This document shows positions 1 through 12,462 of a DNA stretch of 64,000 bases, one piece after another. Under the pieces are notes generated by a model. That model saw only the letters and a program-made list of their open reading frames with translations, ran no database searches and was not told the DNA's origin. The position numbers were made by a program, and so were the translations under genes. Within the stretch, counting starts at the first letter, position 1. Every line of letters starts with the position of its first letter. The stretch comes from Phoronis australis (taxonomy: Eukaryota; Animalia; Phoronida): the NCBI GenBank assembly GCA_002633005.1, contig NMRA01000083.1:835161-899160 (forward strand), in the 5' to 3' direction.

Positions 1-943
1 CATGATAACTATGATTGCATTGTCCAGTTAACTGAAATTGAGTTCTAAAACGATGTTATATTTTGGACGAACGAATTAGGTGTTTTAATTTTAAAATTCA
101 ACTTGGTCTAGATTGATATTTGAAATCTAACACATGAAATAGACGTAAGAATTATTACAACCAAGAAAGCATTGATGGTCAAATAATTTTTATTTTCAAT
201 TACGAGCCTGGTTTTTTATTTTAATAAAAATATATTTAATAACATCAATTATTCTTTCAGACCAATGACAAATCAACTGTTAGTCCCAGTGAAAGCATAG
301 GATCAGTCTATGCTTGATGTTAATATTCTTGATCAACAAATTAAACCAGATGTGACTAATTGCACATGACAGACACCACTGTCGAATATGTCATCAACTC
401 GTCAACAATACAAGCAGATGACCTGGTCCGCGTAGAAAGTATTTTGATCAACAATTTACAAGAAAAAACGTAACCCTGCATTCAGCATAATACCTAATCC
501 GTAACACTACGATCGCCGCAATTTGGTCATATTTACTATTCATGTTTCGAACCTAGTTTTCCGAAAAAATTTAAACCCTTTCGTCAGACAACTCTTCGGC
601 GCCTTAACTTGTTCTCTAATGTAATTTTCTACGTCTCTGTGGTTAATTGTCGACACATCATTAAAATTTAATATCCAGGTTGGACTCGAAAGACGGGCTA
701 TTTAACTCACGCAATGTCTACTTTCGCTTTGTTTATCGCAGTGAGCCTCGCTTTGGATCTTAATGGCCGCCGCGTGAATAGAGTCTATGAAAGCAATTCA
801 ATTAGATACCAACAAATTCAAACCATTTGAGTTATAAGTTTTATTTCCCCGAATTTACAAAGATAAATTTAAATTTAGAGAAGAGTTCAATGTAGCAATC
901 GGTAGGGATGAAGAGTGTCAGTATGAGGGAAGAATCAGGTTAC

Positions 944-3900
944 CTTGTATGTAGGAGTCAATCTGTTCTAGGTACTCTATCCTGAAGATTTCCTGCAGTA
1001 AATCTCGTGGGTAGATCTGAAGATGGCAGAGGGCATGAGCAAATACCACAGCGACCTTGGCGTCCAATTTACTGGCATGTCTATTGTACACCTGGAATGT
1101 GAGTCAACATTGCACTAACTAGATCAATTAGCAACAAAAACTGCCACCTTTGAGGATGAGAATCTCTCCGTTGGTCTTCTGAAATTTGCAAGCTAAGGAG
1201 TAGAATGACACTGGTTTTACTTAGTTAAGTTTCATCAGTTAAAAATATATTTTGTCCTGCTGAACTGAAGCTATAAAAACAAAAATTGAATTATTAAGAC
1301 TTTTTATTGGTTTCATATTGATAGAGGATTCCACTTCAGTTACCACCAGCAACTCAAGAAAAAAACGCTTCAAAATTCAATGGCGATGACCAACCCTAAA
1401 ATTGCGAATTCAAAAATGGGCGAAATGAAGCTTTAATTTCATTGGTTAAAGCTCTCCACATATATACTAGTAGTTACCAGTTGATTGACTTAATCTAAGT
1501 GAAGTCAGGCCGATGATTATGTGACTGTTTATAATAAATATTTGAAAAAGATCTAGGAAGTTCTAGCACATCAATGAATAAATATGTTACCACTCTAGAA
1601 GCCAGGTACATATTGAATTGCTGAAAAGTCCCCAAGCATTGTACACAACAAATGCTAGCCATTAAGTCATCAAGTTACTTTGTGAGGCACTTCATCACAA
1701 GTGGAGGATGGATCACACATTAAGCTGGACGTTCTGCTTGAGTGACCTTGGGCACATTTGGTCCAAATTAATAATTTTGTAATTAAAATTGAATCGATCT
1801 TCAGTCTATCACCACACTCCCTGCACTGGTAATTGACGACCTGTGCTCACCCACTCACCGACGGGAACGTCGACAGCTTAAGCTTAAGATAGATTGTGTT
1901 TTTCACTTAAAATTAACATTGCAATGTGACTCATTGCATATATCAATTCTGTATACATACTGTAATGATTACACAAAACACCAACTTACGTGTAAACAAG
2001 CTGGAGAAAACTCTTCTAACAATACGGGATCTGGATTGTGGCCCACTTTCACCAAAAACAAAAGAGCAGTAATGAGGTGATCAAAGGTCATGGTGTCATA
2101 GTTCCTACAGACATGACTCATGATGTCATCGCAAACTTCCGGTATATAGTACGATACTCTGTGAAGCGTGCTGGCCACTTTCCGCATGTTAATGTTCGTC
2201 ATCTCCTTGGTGTACTTCGGGAAGAATCCCAACACCTTGTCTGTGACCAGTGGATCTCGCACACAGCACTTAACAACTGTGGCCATTGCCACCTGGTGTA
2301 CGCTGTAGAAGTCGTTGACCTCAGAAAGTTCCTGCAAGATCTTACTATGCAGCAGATGCTGTAACTGCAAGATCTGGTTCTGCAGTTGACGTGTCCATGG
2401 CTGTTGGATGTTGTTGAGTCCACTGACGATCTTCAATAAGTCAAAAAGGGAACAGTGTGGGATGATCTGCATGAGCTTGTCGAATATGTTATCTGGGATG
2501 AAGTACTGCATGCTGGGAAGAAGGTATCGAGAGATCATGGAGACGCTCCAGGTCTTGGTGCCGTGCTGCTCATCGAGGCAGGTGAGCACAGAGTTGTAGA
2601 ACTGCGCCTGCAGTACGGGGCTGTAGAAGTTACGGTGGGAGAGGAGGCGGAGAATGCGCTGGAAACGGGATGCAAACTTGGTGATGTTGTCCATGTGTTC
2701 GATGATCTTGAACTGTAGCTTAGCGTGGATATCCCTGTTGGTGCAGCGTATGGATAGGAGGCTGTCGACAAGGTTGGTGAGTACAAGGACGTCAGCGTCA
2801 TCTAAGTGTTGGTAGAGAATGGACTCCAGGCGCCTCTTTGTGTTCACACTGATGTCAATGGTGAAGGCAAAGAGCAAGTTGGAGACATTGTTGACAGTAA
2901 TGTCTGAATTCTCCAAAAGCTGCATTGCGCGTGACTGCAGGACGGAAGAATACTGTTTGCTATAGGAGCGGCAGATTTTCAGGTTGTTGCAAATCTCAGC
3001 AAAATGGTGCGCTTGCATTTTGTCCACCAAGTTGACAGCCTGCTGAGCCGTACGCGAGATGATCTCCTGTGAACACTGCACCACTCTGGTGGATTCGGGG
3101 ATGGAAGGGGCATTTAATATACGACACATTCTCAAATAGGCTCCTAAATAATCACATTCATCCATTGATCCAGGTTGGTCCATGAGTGAAAGAGTCTTTA
3201 CCACGCAATCTTCTATGAATTGATGAGTAGCATAATGGTGGCAGCTTGTAACCGAAGTGGCTAAGAGTGCTGCTTCGTTACTTTTACCTGACCCGTAGCC
3301 AGGAAGAATATCGGACAACCTCTGCAGCAGTTTACGCATGATTTTCAAATCCGTAGGGTTCAAAGCACGCATAGCATCAGCCATGTAACCAATTAAGTCT
3401 ATGTCAAAGGTGTCGGCTCGCAAACTACATTCCGCTTGTACTGTCCTTACGACCTCTGTATCTGTGCTAATTCCCACCCAAACAAGACTGGCGAAACAGC
3501 GCACAAGTTGGTCGTTAGTGAACTCGCAGCAGTTGTCAACAACAGCCTGTAGCAAAGTTGGTAAAAAGGGATGACGGAGTACTGGTCCCATTAGCTCCCC
3601 CACGTTATTGTTCATGGCAAGCTGAATGAACGCGATTTGACTGTGATGGGCTTGTAACCACGGCAAGTGTCTAAGTTGCTTGATTGCCAATGCATGGAGT
3701 TCTTGCACTGTGTAACTGACCTGCGCGGGTGTTAAATCATCGACACTGAGCCTATTAAGAAGTTTGTCTGTTAGTATCACATTGGTATGATCCACAACCG
3801 GGAGTGTATAGCTGCGTTGCAATACCCGACGAAAGTAATGCTTTGGTTTTACACATCGTCCATAACCAGGATGACTGCCTGTCTTTTGCAAGGATGTCAA

Positions 3901-3951
3901 AGCCTGCTCCATACAGACGCTTCGAAAAGACAGTCTCGTCAACTTGTACAT
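944..3951 (-). CDS. FASTKD1: FAST kinase domain-containing protein (FASTKD1-like), mitochondrial RNA-processing factor; 3' part continues beyond the left edge
   Basis: Large exon 4003..1990 (acceptor tttcag at 4004, first ATG at 3951, donor gtaag at 1989, phase 0) encodes ~650 aa of helical repeats with a basic N-terminus resembling a transit peptide. The next exon 1091..944 reads VYNRHASKLDAKVAVVFAHALCHLQIYPRDLLQEIFRIEYLEQIDSYIQ, resembling the FAST_1 motif (L..L..FP.DLL..IF...FL..LD). Probable non-coding first exon with donor at ~4334. The paralogue number is an inference. Confidence 0.75.
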
Positions 3952-5459
3952 GGTGTTGAAAATGTACACTTGCTCACAATTTAGGGGTGCATTATAACTT
4001 GACCTGAAATAAAATTATGTTCATCTTGAGAAAAATACAAAACAATGTCCCCTGCTAACAAACTTTTTGTTTGAATAAAGAGAAAGTCAACTGTAGGTCA
4101 AATGGTAAAATCTCGCCAAATGTAGCCGTTCTCATTTTAAACAGCCAAATGTACCCGTTCTCATGTTTCAAGGTCTTCTAATATTGTTGTGAATGTCCAC
4201 AATTTTTCACGAATATTTTCTGATGATGGCTGTTGACCAGCATTAATTTGTCTTAATGCCACACATCTTTTAAATATGAGAAAATAAAATTTCACTTGTC
4301 CGCCATGTTGTGTCCTACATTGACGAGATCTTACCGGATTTAAAATATACAGTGGGCAACATCAGCTTATCTTGAGTAAAGAAGAACATATAAACAGTCA
4401 ACAAGTCAAGAAACCCGTAGGAAAATCATCGGTTCCACTGGAGTTGGCAAACCCTGAAATTCGAAAATGGCATGAAAGGACTTCCATTCAAAAATAAGTC
4501 AGTCATGTGGCATATATTACATGAGCCATCGCATATCATCTGTTTGTTCAGGTTCTTCGGTTAAAAACTCAAAATATAATAAAAGTGACAACTAAATAGG
4601 GGGAACTGTAGCTTTAATCAAGCACACAAATCCTTAGTGCAGTTTGAAATCCACACAACTTTTGTCATAGCTAAGCCATCAAAAAATTTCAGATTTTTGG
4701 ATCATGCCTAAGCTACCAGTTCCATGATTACTAAGTTTCACTTACAGTGCAGCAGCTAATTATCAAAATATGGAAAAAATAGGTCAGCCATTTTTGTTTA
4801 GAACATCTGTTAAGTACTTCGCTTCAGCTTGAGGTATGAACAAGGTCGGATTTGGCTTTTAAAACTGCAAGAAAATAATGGTTCTTTTGAAGAATGAACT
4901 TGTTGAATAGTAAAAGAGATTGTGGCACACTTTAGACCTGGTAACTGTCAATTTTAACAATATTCGGCCACCTCCAAATACACAGCAGAAAATGTTACCA
5001 CTGCTCTGGTGAACTCTGAATTGTGAGTCAATCGGCCGAAAGCAAAATTAAAATAGAAGTAGAAAACTGGCCTCACTCATACGGATGCCGAGATGATGTC
5101 CGGCATTTTTTGGTTGGTCATCACTATTTGGGAATTTTTTTTTTCTCCAGATCTGGAGATACCGGGTATTCTCCCAAATGGGGGAATGAATTTCACAAAG
5201 TGTCTAGGGTAAAAAAGTTATCAATCAGGAAATTCAAGTTTGGCACCACTGAATACAGTGCAAAAATTACTAGGATTGACCATGGGAATTAAAAATTGAC
5301 CACGTCGATTTGGTTTGACAGACTGATCACTCTTTATCAGTTCTTGCTAAAAGCAATAACCTGACAGTACTGTAAATCAACAACCATAGTAGGCAATTAT
5401 ATTGCCTTGAATGCTGCAGGCACACAGGGGCGATAGAGCAGTCCCATAAAAAGTTACTC

Positions 5460-5700
5460 ATTTTAAAATACAGCAAATAAAACCAAATGAAACATGCATA
5501 AACGCACGTGGAGTTATAATTACATGTACCATGACTCTGGATACAATTTTAAACTAGTCAACATAACTTGAACATATCCATGAAAATCTGTTGTGGTTCG
5601 CTTGAGTTTCTCTCACCTGTGCCATTTTGAGGAAGTTACATGAAATCATGCCAGTTGATGAACAAAACGTGCAAAGGACACAAATCTTACAAATTTCACC
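5460..5700 (+). repeat. Dispersed repeat, homologous to 63800-64000
   Basis: Shared strings gagttataa, gtcaa-ataa-ttgaaca, atgaaaatctgt-gtggtt-gct-gagt, attttgaggaagttac-tgaaatca. Confidence 0.75.
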
Positions 5701-6058
5701 TGATATCTTCCCGTGCTATTTTGCAAGTGTCACGCGCCAGTTCAAGCGCTTTGCTCAGTCTCGCACTAGCCTTTGCCTAACTCACAAGCGGCAGTTGAAA
5801 TATTTTGTGGTTATCGCGCGTGATGTGAAAAAGTCAACCGTGACCAAAAAAGAGGAGTTGAAATTGTTCACCAAAGTCACCTTAATTCTCGTAGCTATGC
5901 TTCATAGAAGATATGTGTAGAAGCACTCAGAGAAAGGATCACTGATTAGTAAGCATTTTTTTAAGTGATAGTTTTAAGTGTAGAATGCATTTCTGACGAG
6001 GTGAAAACTCTTAATTGGTGGGCGGATTTCGCCTACCGCCCGTTTAAAATACATGGGA

Positions 6059-6447
6059 GGCATCCTCAGCTTCTGATTGTCCCCATTACACTATACTACA
6101 AGGTATGACACTTGGGACAAGTAATTCCACGGGTGCTTCACTTCAGCCATCCACATCAAACACAACACTCAATAAATTTACACAAAAGCGGGGTTCAGCA
6201 AACCATGACAATTGTTCTTTCTGATAGCATTTACTGATTTACAGTGTTCTGCTCCAGCGAGTTCGCAACAAATTCCCGGTCAAAGCACAAAATTCTTCCC
6301 AAAAAGCCAGTGCGTAATGTCAGAAGAATTTTTTTGAACCACTGTTTTGTATAAATTTATTGAATTTTGTGTTTCATATTGACGGCTGAAGTGAAGCACC
6401 CGTGGTGGAATTCCTGGAGACGATCAGAAGTTGAGCGTGAGGACGCC
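6059..6447. mobile_element. Foldback/MITE with ~140-bp inverted arms; one arm recurs at 18720-18860 and partly at 63715-63770
   Basis: ccacgggtgcttcacttcagcc...tcaataaatttacacaaaa (6127-6188) is mirrored by ttttgtataaatttattga...ggctgaagtgaagcacccgtgg (6345-6405). Confidence 0.75.
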
Positions 6448-7556
6448 TGTCCTGTGTTGCCTATTCTCATCTGTATGAAGACTATTGTAGGTAGCTATGT
6501 GCCAAGGCTAGTAGTAACTAAGCTATGACTTTTAAAGTACCTTACAAATGTGACTAAATGATATAAAAGAGTAGAACACACGGAAAACGATGTTTTGCTG
6601 TTCTTCTTAGAGAGGAAACGATGCAGCCTCGCAGACTTGAAAGCCGACGTTCACATGTGTTCTTGCACAGAACGTCACATGTTTATGTGTACATAATGTA
6701 AGCGCCATCTACTGGTAGGATGCACAAGCAAGTTCCTTCACAGCGCCATCGTGTGGTAACAAAAGCTGCACACAGGCATTCCATATCATACTGGTATGAC
6801 TGTAAAGCTTTACACTTCATGTGCCTCCTTCGTCCGGCGCGACGTACGCGCGCGAATCTGGGTCTTTTCCAGGGGAGGAGGGGGGGGGGGGGGTCAGGGG
6901 GTTAAAAACCCCCTCGGGACAGGATCAAAAATAAAAATTAAAAAAATTTCGCCAGAAAAACGAAGCTACAAAAGCACTGCCTTTACACGGGAGGGGGACC
7001 CAGATAGCATCACTACGTTGGGCCGACGTCGCCATTCGTTGGCTCGAGGTCGATTGGTCGCGGTCGGTTTTTTGACGTTGGTCCGACGTTGGTCGGCGGT
7101 CTACGAGATGCGGCTTTTAAAAGCCTGTTTTGCACTTCCAAGTAAATTTGACGCTTGCGATATTATTTTTTTATAGTCACAGTGTGTAAGTCAACCTATT
7201 TGTCCTACTTTGAGTATTGTTCAGTCTTGACGTCGGACCAACGTTGGCTCAGCGTCGGGCACGTTTGACGTTGGGCCGACGCGGGTGCGACGCAGTGCGA
7301 GAAATCATATGTGGTGCTGAGTCCGACGTCGGTCCAACGTCGTGTCGTGTAAAAAGTGTAGGTCCATTTAACTATAGCGTCAAATTGAAAAAGGAAAATT
7401 AAAAATACGTCTATGATTCAGAAAAATATTTACTGCCGTGCATAAGTCAGCCTATTTGTCCTTCTTTGAGTATTGTTCAGTCTTGACGTCGAACCAACGC
7501 TGGCTCAGCGTCGGGCACGTTTGACGTTGTGCCGACGCGGGTGCGACGCCGGGTGC

Positions 7557-8252
7557 NNNNNNNNNNNNNNNNNNNNNNNNNNNNNNNNNNNNNNNNNNNN
7601 NNNNNNNNNNNNNNNNNNNNNNNNNNNNNNNNNNNNNNNNNNNNNNNNNNNNNNNNNNNNNNNNNNNNNNNNNNNNNNNNNNNNNNNNNNNNNNNNNNNN
7701 NNNNNNNNNNNNNNNNNNNNNNNNNNNNNNNNNNNNNNNNNNNNNNNNNNNNNNNNNNNNNNNNNNNNNNNNNNNNNNNNNNNNNNNNNNNNNNNNNNNN
7801 NNNNNNNNNNNNNNNNNNNNNNNNNNNNNNNNNNNNNNNNNNNNNNNNNNNNNNNNNNNNNNNNNNNNNNNNNNNNNNNNNNNNNNNNNNNNNNNNNNNN
7901 NNNNNNNNNNNNNNNNNNNNNNNNNNNNNNNNNNNNNNNNNNNNNNNNNNNNNNNNNNNNNNNNNNNNNNNNNNNNNNNNNNNNNNNNNNNNNNNNNNNN
8001 NNNNNNNNNNNNNNNNNNNNNNNNNNNNNNNNNNNNNNNNNNNNNNNNNNNNNNNNNNNNNNNNNNNNNNNNNNNNNNNNNNNNNNNNNNNNNNNNNNNN
8101 NNNNNNNNNNNNNNNNNNNNNNNNNNNNNNNNNNNNNNNNNNNNNNNNNNNNNNNNNNNNNNNNNNNNNNNNNNNNNNNNNNNNNNNNNNNNNNNNNNNN
8201 NNNNNNNNNNNNNNNNNNNNNNNNNNNNNNNNNNNNNNNNNNNNNNNNNNNN
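7557..8252. other. Assembly gap (N run)
   Basis: Run of n. Confidence 1.
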
Positions 8253-8460
8253 CAATCCTAAACAAATATATAGTTTATTTATCTTTTTCGATGACATTTA
8301 TAAGCTTGTAACGCTTACAAGGGTGATACAGGATTTATCAATATTGCATTCCCAGGCCAAGGAGAGCCATAGCAATTCGACTTGCTCGTGGAAGAACAAT
8401 GAAAAGACGTGCTTATGACTATTTTAACATGTTATTGATTGGTACTCATTGTGTTTCAGA

Positions 8461-8658
8461 ATGTATGCTGATGTGTATTTCACTGATGAGGGCAGTGTAG
8501 AAGTAGTTCCCAAGTGTTGGGTTTGTGCGAAGGGAGATGATTGCAAACTGCCACCCTCAACTCTTGGAAAGCGAAGTAACTTTTAAAGGTGGCAGAACAG
8601 AAGAGATAGCCTGAGGTGGACTGGGTCTTGAACCATGCAGAAATTAAATATGCTACTG
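8461..8658 (+). pseudogene. Decayed first coding exon of the EnSpm accessory (DUF4806-type) ORF
   Basis: Reads MYADVYFTDEGSVEVVPKCW...CKLPP, resembling the 'MY.VV.F....V.VVP..W...WPP' N-terminus of animal EnSpm second-ORF proteins. Stops or frameshifts follow; donor gtaagt at ~8659. Confidence 0.55.
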
Positions 8659-11600
8659 GTAAGTAAATTTCCTGCTCCTCAATAGTTTCCTCGTTGTTGT
8701 AAAATGTGAAAATGTTTCAACCTCTGTAATTATAGCTGTGAAAAAGTTGAACAATAAACTCTGTAATGCTTAGCTTCGTCAGTTGTACTTTTTAATGACG
8801 TCATTTTTTTAGTAATTACATATAATAGGACACTTTTGTTTGAAATTTAAAGATGCAAGTTAAATGTGGCAGAAACTGAAGATCAATTGAAATGATGGCT
8901 GAAGTGCTGAGCTGAAGTGTGCTGGCGACAGAGACTGTGACAGAAGATAGGAGGCAACAAACAGGTAAACAACAATGTTTTAGTTTTCAAAATTGATGAA
9001 TTGGCAAATCTTTTAAACACCTAGTCTTTCTAGCATTGTGAACAAAACTGATTTTTTCAACTTTTATAGCAATGTTCCTTAATATAGAGTTTAGCTTTTC
9101 ATACAAGCTAAACCTAAAATTAAACGTTCTGAATATGAAACCAAATACCTAAACATATGTTTTTCATGAATTTGCTTTGTAGTGAATTTAAAACTTACTT
9201 TCATGTATTTTTGCAATTTGCAGGGAAAGCTGTGCATGTTTCAGATTATGTCCAAGAACTTGGTAGTGACGATCAAGATACAGATTGATTCTGCAGTGCA
9301 TATTAAGTTGGGCCTTCTTGTATAAAGGTTTAAATAGGAGTACTTCTTTATGCCTGATTAAAAATAGTTTGTATTTTATTTAACTTGCAGATGGCATCTT
9401 AATTTCGTATTGATATGTTTCAATCTGGTCAAATTTAACATTCTGTTGAGTCTTTTTAAAAGTTTATACTGCTTGGGCCCGAGTTCTTATGAAGACTGTG
9501 TTGAGAGACATCTTCTTCAACTTACGTTAAATTCTTAGACAGTTGAAAGAAATGCATTGTTACAGTAAATGTTAAAATTGCTTTAAATTCCAGTGGTCTA
9601 TATTCCATAACTTGATTAACATTCAGCTTTTCACTGAAATGTTTAGGGTTAATTATTTGCCAGTTCGATGTTCATTTAGGCGCATAATTGTGTCTTAGTT
9701 TATTGATTTACATCTCATGTCCTGTGTTTTTCATAGTGCCCCATGGATCCCTGTTTAAGTATCCTTGAAAATGTTTGTGTTGTATTTTACCAAATGTTTG
9801 GCATACTCATAATTCTTGTAGTCATAATTACAGTAAGTTTGTTGATTTGGTCGTATTTCTCTACTTGATGTCCTGCAATGAAACCTTAATTACTGGAAAG
9901 CTCACTTTGCCAACTACTACCCCTATGGAACAATGATCAATTTTATGTTTTGTTCCAAACGTAGTTTTGAGTATTTGATATGTAAACTCAGGCTTTGTAA
10001 TGAGCATTATTTTTTTAGTCTAGTATTCATGCGCGCACCCAGCCAAAATGGGGGGCTCGAATTTGATTCAGGGGTACGTTCAGAGCTATGAATTTTGCTT
10101 TCCTGGAATTATGGTTATTCCTGCCATTTTAGTGGACTTTTGTTTTCTACTTTTTTCGATATTGTTGTTTCTACATGGCTGACATTTCTCCTACAGTGTA
10201 ATGATAATGTTAGCAGTTTTCATGAAAGTCACTACGCGAGGCTTGCCACAAATTTACCTATTCAAGGTCATAATACGATATTTGCATCTTTGAAAGTTAT
10301 CTACTGTGTAAATAGTTTATTTTTATGATTTACTTCATCATTTACCATTTTTGGTATTCATCGTTTCTGGTATTGATATGCTTTAATAAAATGCTTAAAG
10401 AACACAGGAATGCCTTTAATGACATACTGCATGCTGTGCATATCCTGATGTACAATCGGAGCATTGTTGTCGCCACCAGTTGGATGGGTGGCCCTGACTG
10501 TTCTTAACATGTTCTCGACTGTTTACCAACGTGGAACCTACCTGCGACTTTTTAACCACGTGCGTTTTCCGATTGCTCCCATAGATGACATACTGATTTA
10601 ATCGTTAAATCAGTACATGTATGTCCTCTATGGGAGCAAGCGGGAAAACCAGGTGGCTGAAAAGTTGAAGGTCGGTGCGACGTTGGCAAACGGTCGCCTC
10701 TAAGTTGGTGCGACGTTGGCAAACGGTCGCCTCTAAGTTGGTGCGACGTTGGCAAACAGTTGCCTCTTAGTTGGTGCAACGTTGGCGAACAGCCGCCTCT
10801 ACGTTGGTCCGACGTCGGTAAACAATCGCTTGCAGGGTGGCGGGACGTTGATAAGTGGTCGGAATTGAATTGGCGCGACGTCGGTAAAGGGTCGTATTTC
10901 CGCCGTCGGGCCCAGGTCGTACCGTCGTCGGTTATTAGTCGGCAGTCGGACCAACGTCGGGTCATCGGCGGCCCGACTGCGACGTTCTTACGACGTTGTT
11001 ACAACGTTCATCCGATGGACAAAATCACGTTGGTCCGACGTCAGACACCAACGTTGGCCCGACGTAACGTGAGTCGTCGGACCGACGTTGGACCACCGAC
11101 AGCATGCTATCTGGGGAACTGAACCCCCTCCCGAACTTCCTTCCGCTCAGCGCTATGCGCCTGGGACTCGCTCGAATCCTAATCCCCCCCCCTTACTGAA
11201 AACGTAGATCTGCCACTGGACTTTCCGTAATGTTTGTTACACGCTATATTATTATGTGTACTGAACCAGTTCGTAGCAAAATTTGTCTGCGGTCGTGCGT
11301 AAAACTAAACGGCTGCCCCGCGCGCTTGCCGTTTGAAAATCGAGGCTTAGTTACTAACGTTGAGTGGACAATAGAGAGAATTCTGAATGAGATCACTAAG
11401 GATTCGATTAAAATTTGCGTCTTACCAGCAACCTTTGTTTCTTCATTGTCACTCAGCTTTCCCCCGGCCGTTTTCCGTGGCGGCGCCATCAAGCCTTTGG
11501 TGTGCCGAGGACTTCGCTGGATACCGAGAAACTGAGGGAGCTTCATGCGGTAGTAAACCAACACGGCCTGTTGAAAGATTAATGGTGGGATGGTTTAAGA

Positions 11601-11929
11601 TCGACGAGAGTGAGAACCGTGACATAATCAGTTTAATAATTATTTTACTGATATTGTCCTACACTTTCCCGCTATATTCCTTCTTCGAATTTGTCACATA
11701 TAATGTTTTTTACTGAGATTGTGAATCCGTTCAGTGCTACCCCGTGTTTGACTTCAGTTGAACCAATTTCCCCGACTTGACCAGATTAGAAAAGTAAGAA
11801 ATTCTTTTCCAGCTAAGCCTATTTGTGGCCATGATATGGCATATCCATGAAAATAATAAAATACGGTCTAAGTAATCTATTGATTGAACCATTTGCTGTT
11901 GTGTAGTAACCAGTCCATTGCCAACCAAA

Positions 11930-12250
11930 TTTTTCCAGACAACAGGAAAATTGCCAAGGTTATTCGCCTGTCTTTAAAAAAGAGGACCCCGGCGCTGTGA
12001 GATAACTACAGGACTATCTCTGTTCTTCCTTGCTTTTATAAGATTTTTGAAGAATTATTCAGTATAATCGACTTTCTGACTATTATATCCAATCTAATGT
12101 CTTGCTACATATATCCTGCCCAGTATGGTTTCCGTGAGGGTGAGAGGGGGAGGTTGGCACTCTACAGAACTGGTTTTAGTGAACTAATGGATAAAATTGT
12201 CAAGGCTATGGAAAATAGTAAATTACCTCTGGCAATCAGCTTTTGATTCC
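11930..12250 (+). mobile_element. Non-LTR retrotransposon (CR1/L2-type) reverse transcriptase fragment, frameshifted
   Basis: Reads across frameshifts as FPDNRKIAKVI-PVFKK...DNYRTISVLPCFYKIFE...QYGFR...HSTE...ELMDKIVKAMENSKLPLAI, i.e. LINE RT motifs NYRPIS and QxGFR. Confidence 0.85.
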
Positions 12251-12419
12251 GTTAAGTCAATTTTACTTGATAGTCATGCAAGCTTACCCTCGTCTTTAAA
12301 ATGGAAGGCAACCTTTTTCGTGTCATTTTAGTGCCGGAAAATACGGTTCGTTGATTATCTCAGACATATGCTTCAGTTAATTACGGCTCCTCGTAATTTT
12401 AGTAATTAGTCGTGCACTA

Positions 12420-12462
12420 CTCCGGAAGTGACGTTTAGGGGATTAAGAATTTCCCGCCATTT
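12420..12462 (+). promoter_or_regulatory. Promoter-like motif cluster (ETS-CRE composite CCGGAAGTGACGT and E2F-like TTTCCCGCC)
   Basis: Motifs seen directly. They precede a CpG-rich, coding-like but interrupted region (12550-13975). Confidence 0.35.

Larger units (their letters stand above)
6999..11115 (+). mobile_element. EnSpm/CACTA (CMC)-type DNA transposon, non-autonomous or decayed, containing an assembly gap
   Basis: Terminal inverted repeats CCCAGATAGCA (6999) / TGCTATCTGGG (11105-11115) with a 2-bp direct repeat GA on both sides. Dense subterminal GACGTTGG/CCGACG repeats at both ends (7010-7556, 10670-11100). Confidence 0.8.
6848..11218. mobile_element. Harbinger-like GC-ended MITE split by the EnSpm insertion (halves ~6848-6998 and 11116-11218)
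   Basis: Left end gcgaatctgggtcttttcc-polyG and right end polyC-ttactgaaaacgtagatctgccactg are imperfect inverted termini. Similar short elements occur at ~17040-17197 and ~49708-49852. Confidence 0.5.

Noticed and set aside
540-592. Hammerhead-ribozyme-like CTGACGA...CGAAAC on the minus strand
   Set aside because: The intervening sequence does not form a convincing stem II, and I saw no flanking stems with a cleavage triplet.
5613-5626. ATG GCA CAG|gtgag on the minus strand as a FASTKD1 first coding exon
   Set aside because: It lies inside a dispersed repeat also present at 63800-64000, and splicing to 4003 gives a stop after six codons.
7452-8311. Four 260-281-aa ORFs in the track
   Set aside because: They consist almost entirely of X residues from the N gap.
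10670-10830. CRISPR-like regularly spaced repeats (also 31833-32035 and 28891-30290)
   Set aside because: They are tandem repeats without unique spacers in a eukaryotic context with no cas genes; explained as transposon subterminal repeats or minisatellites.
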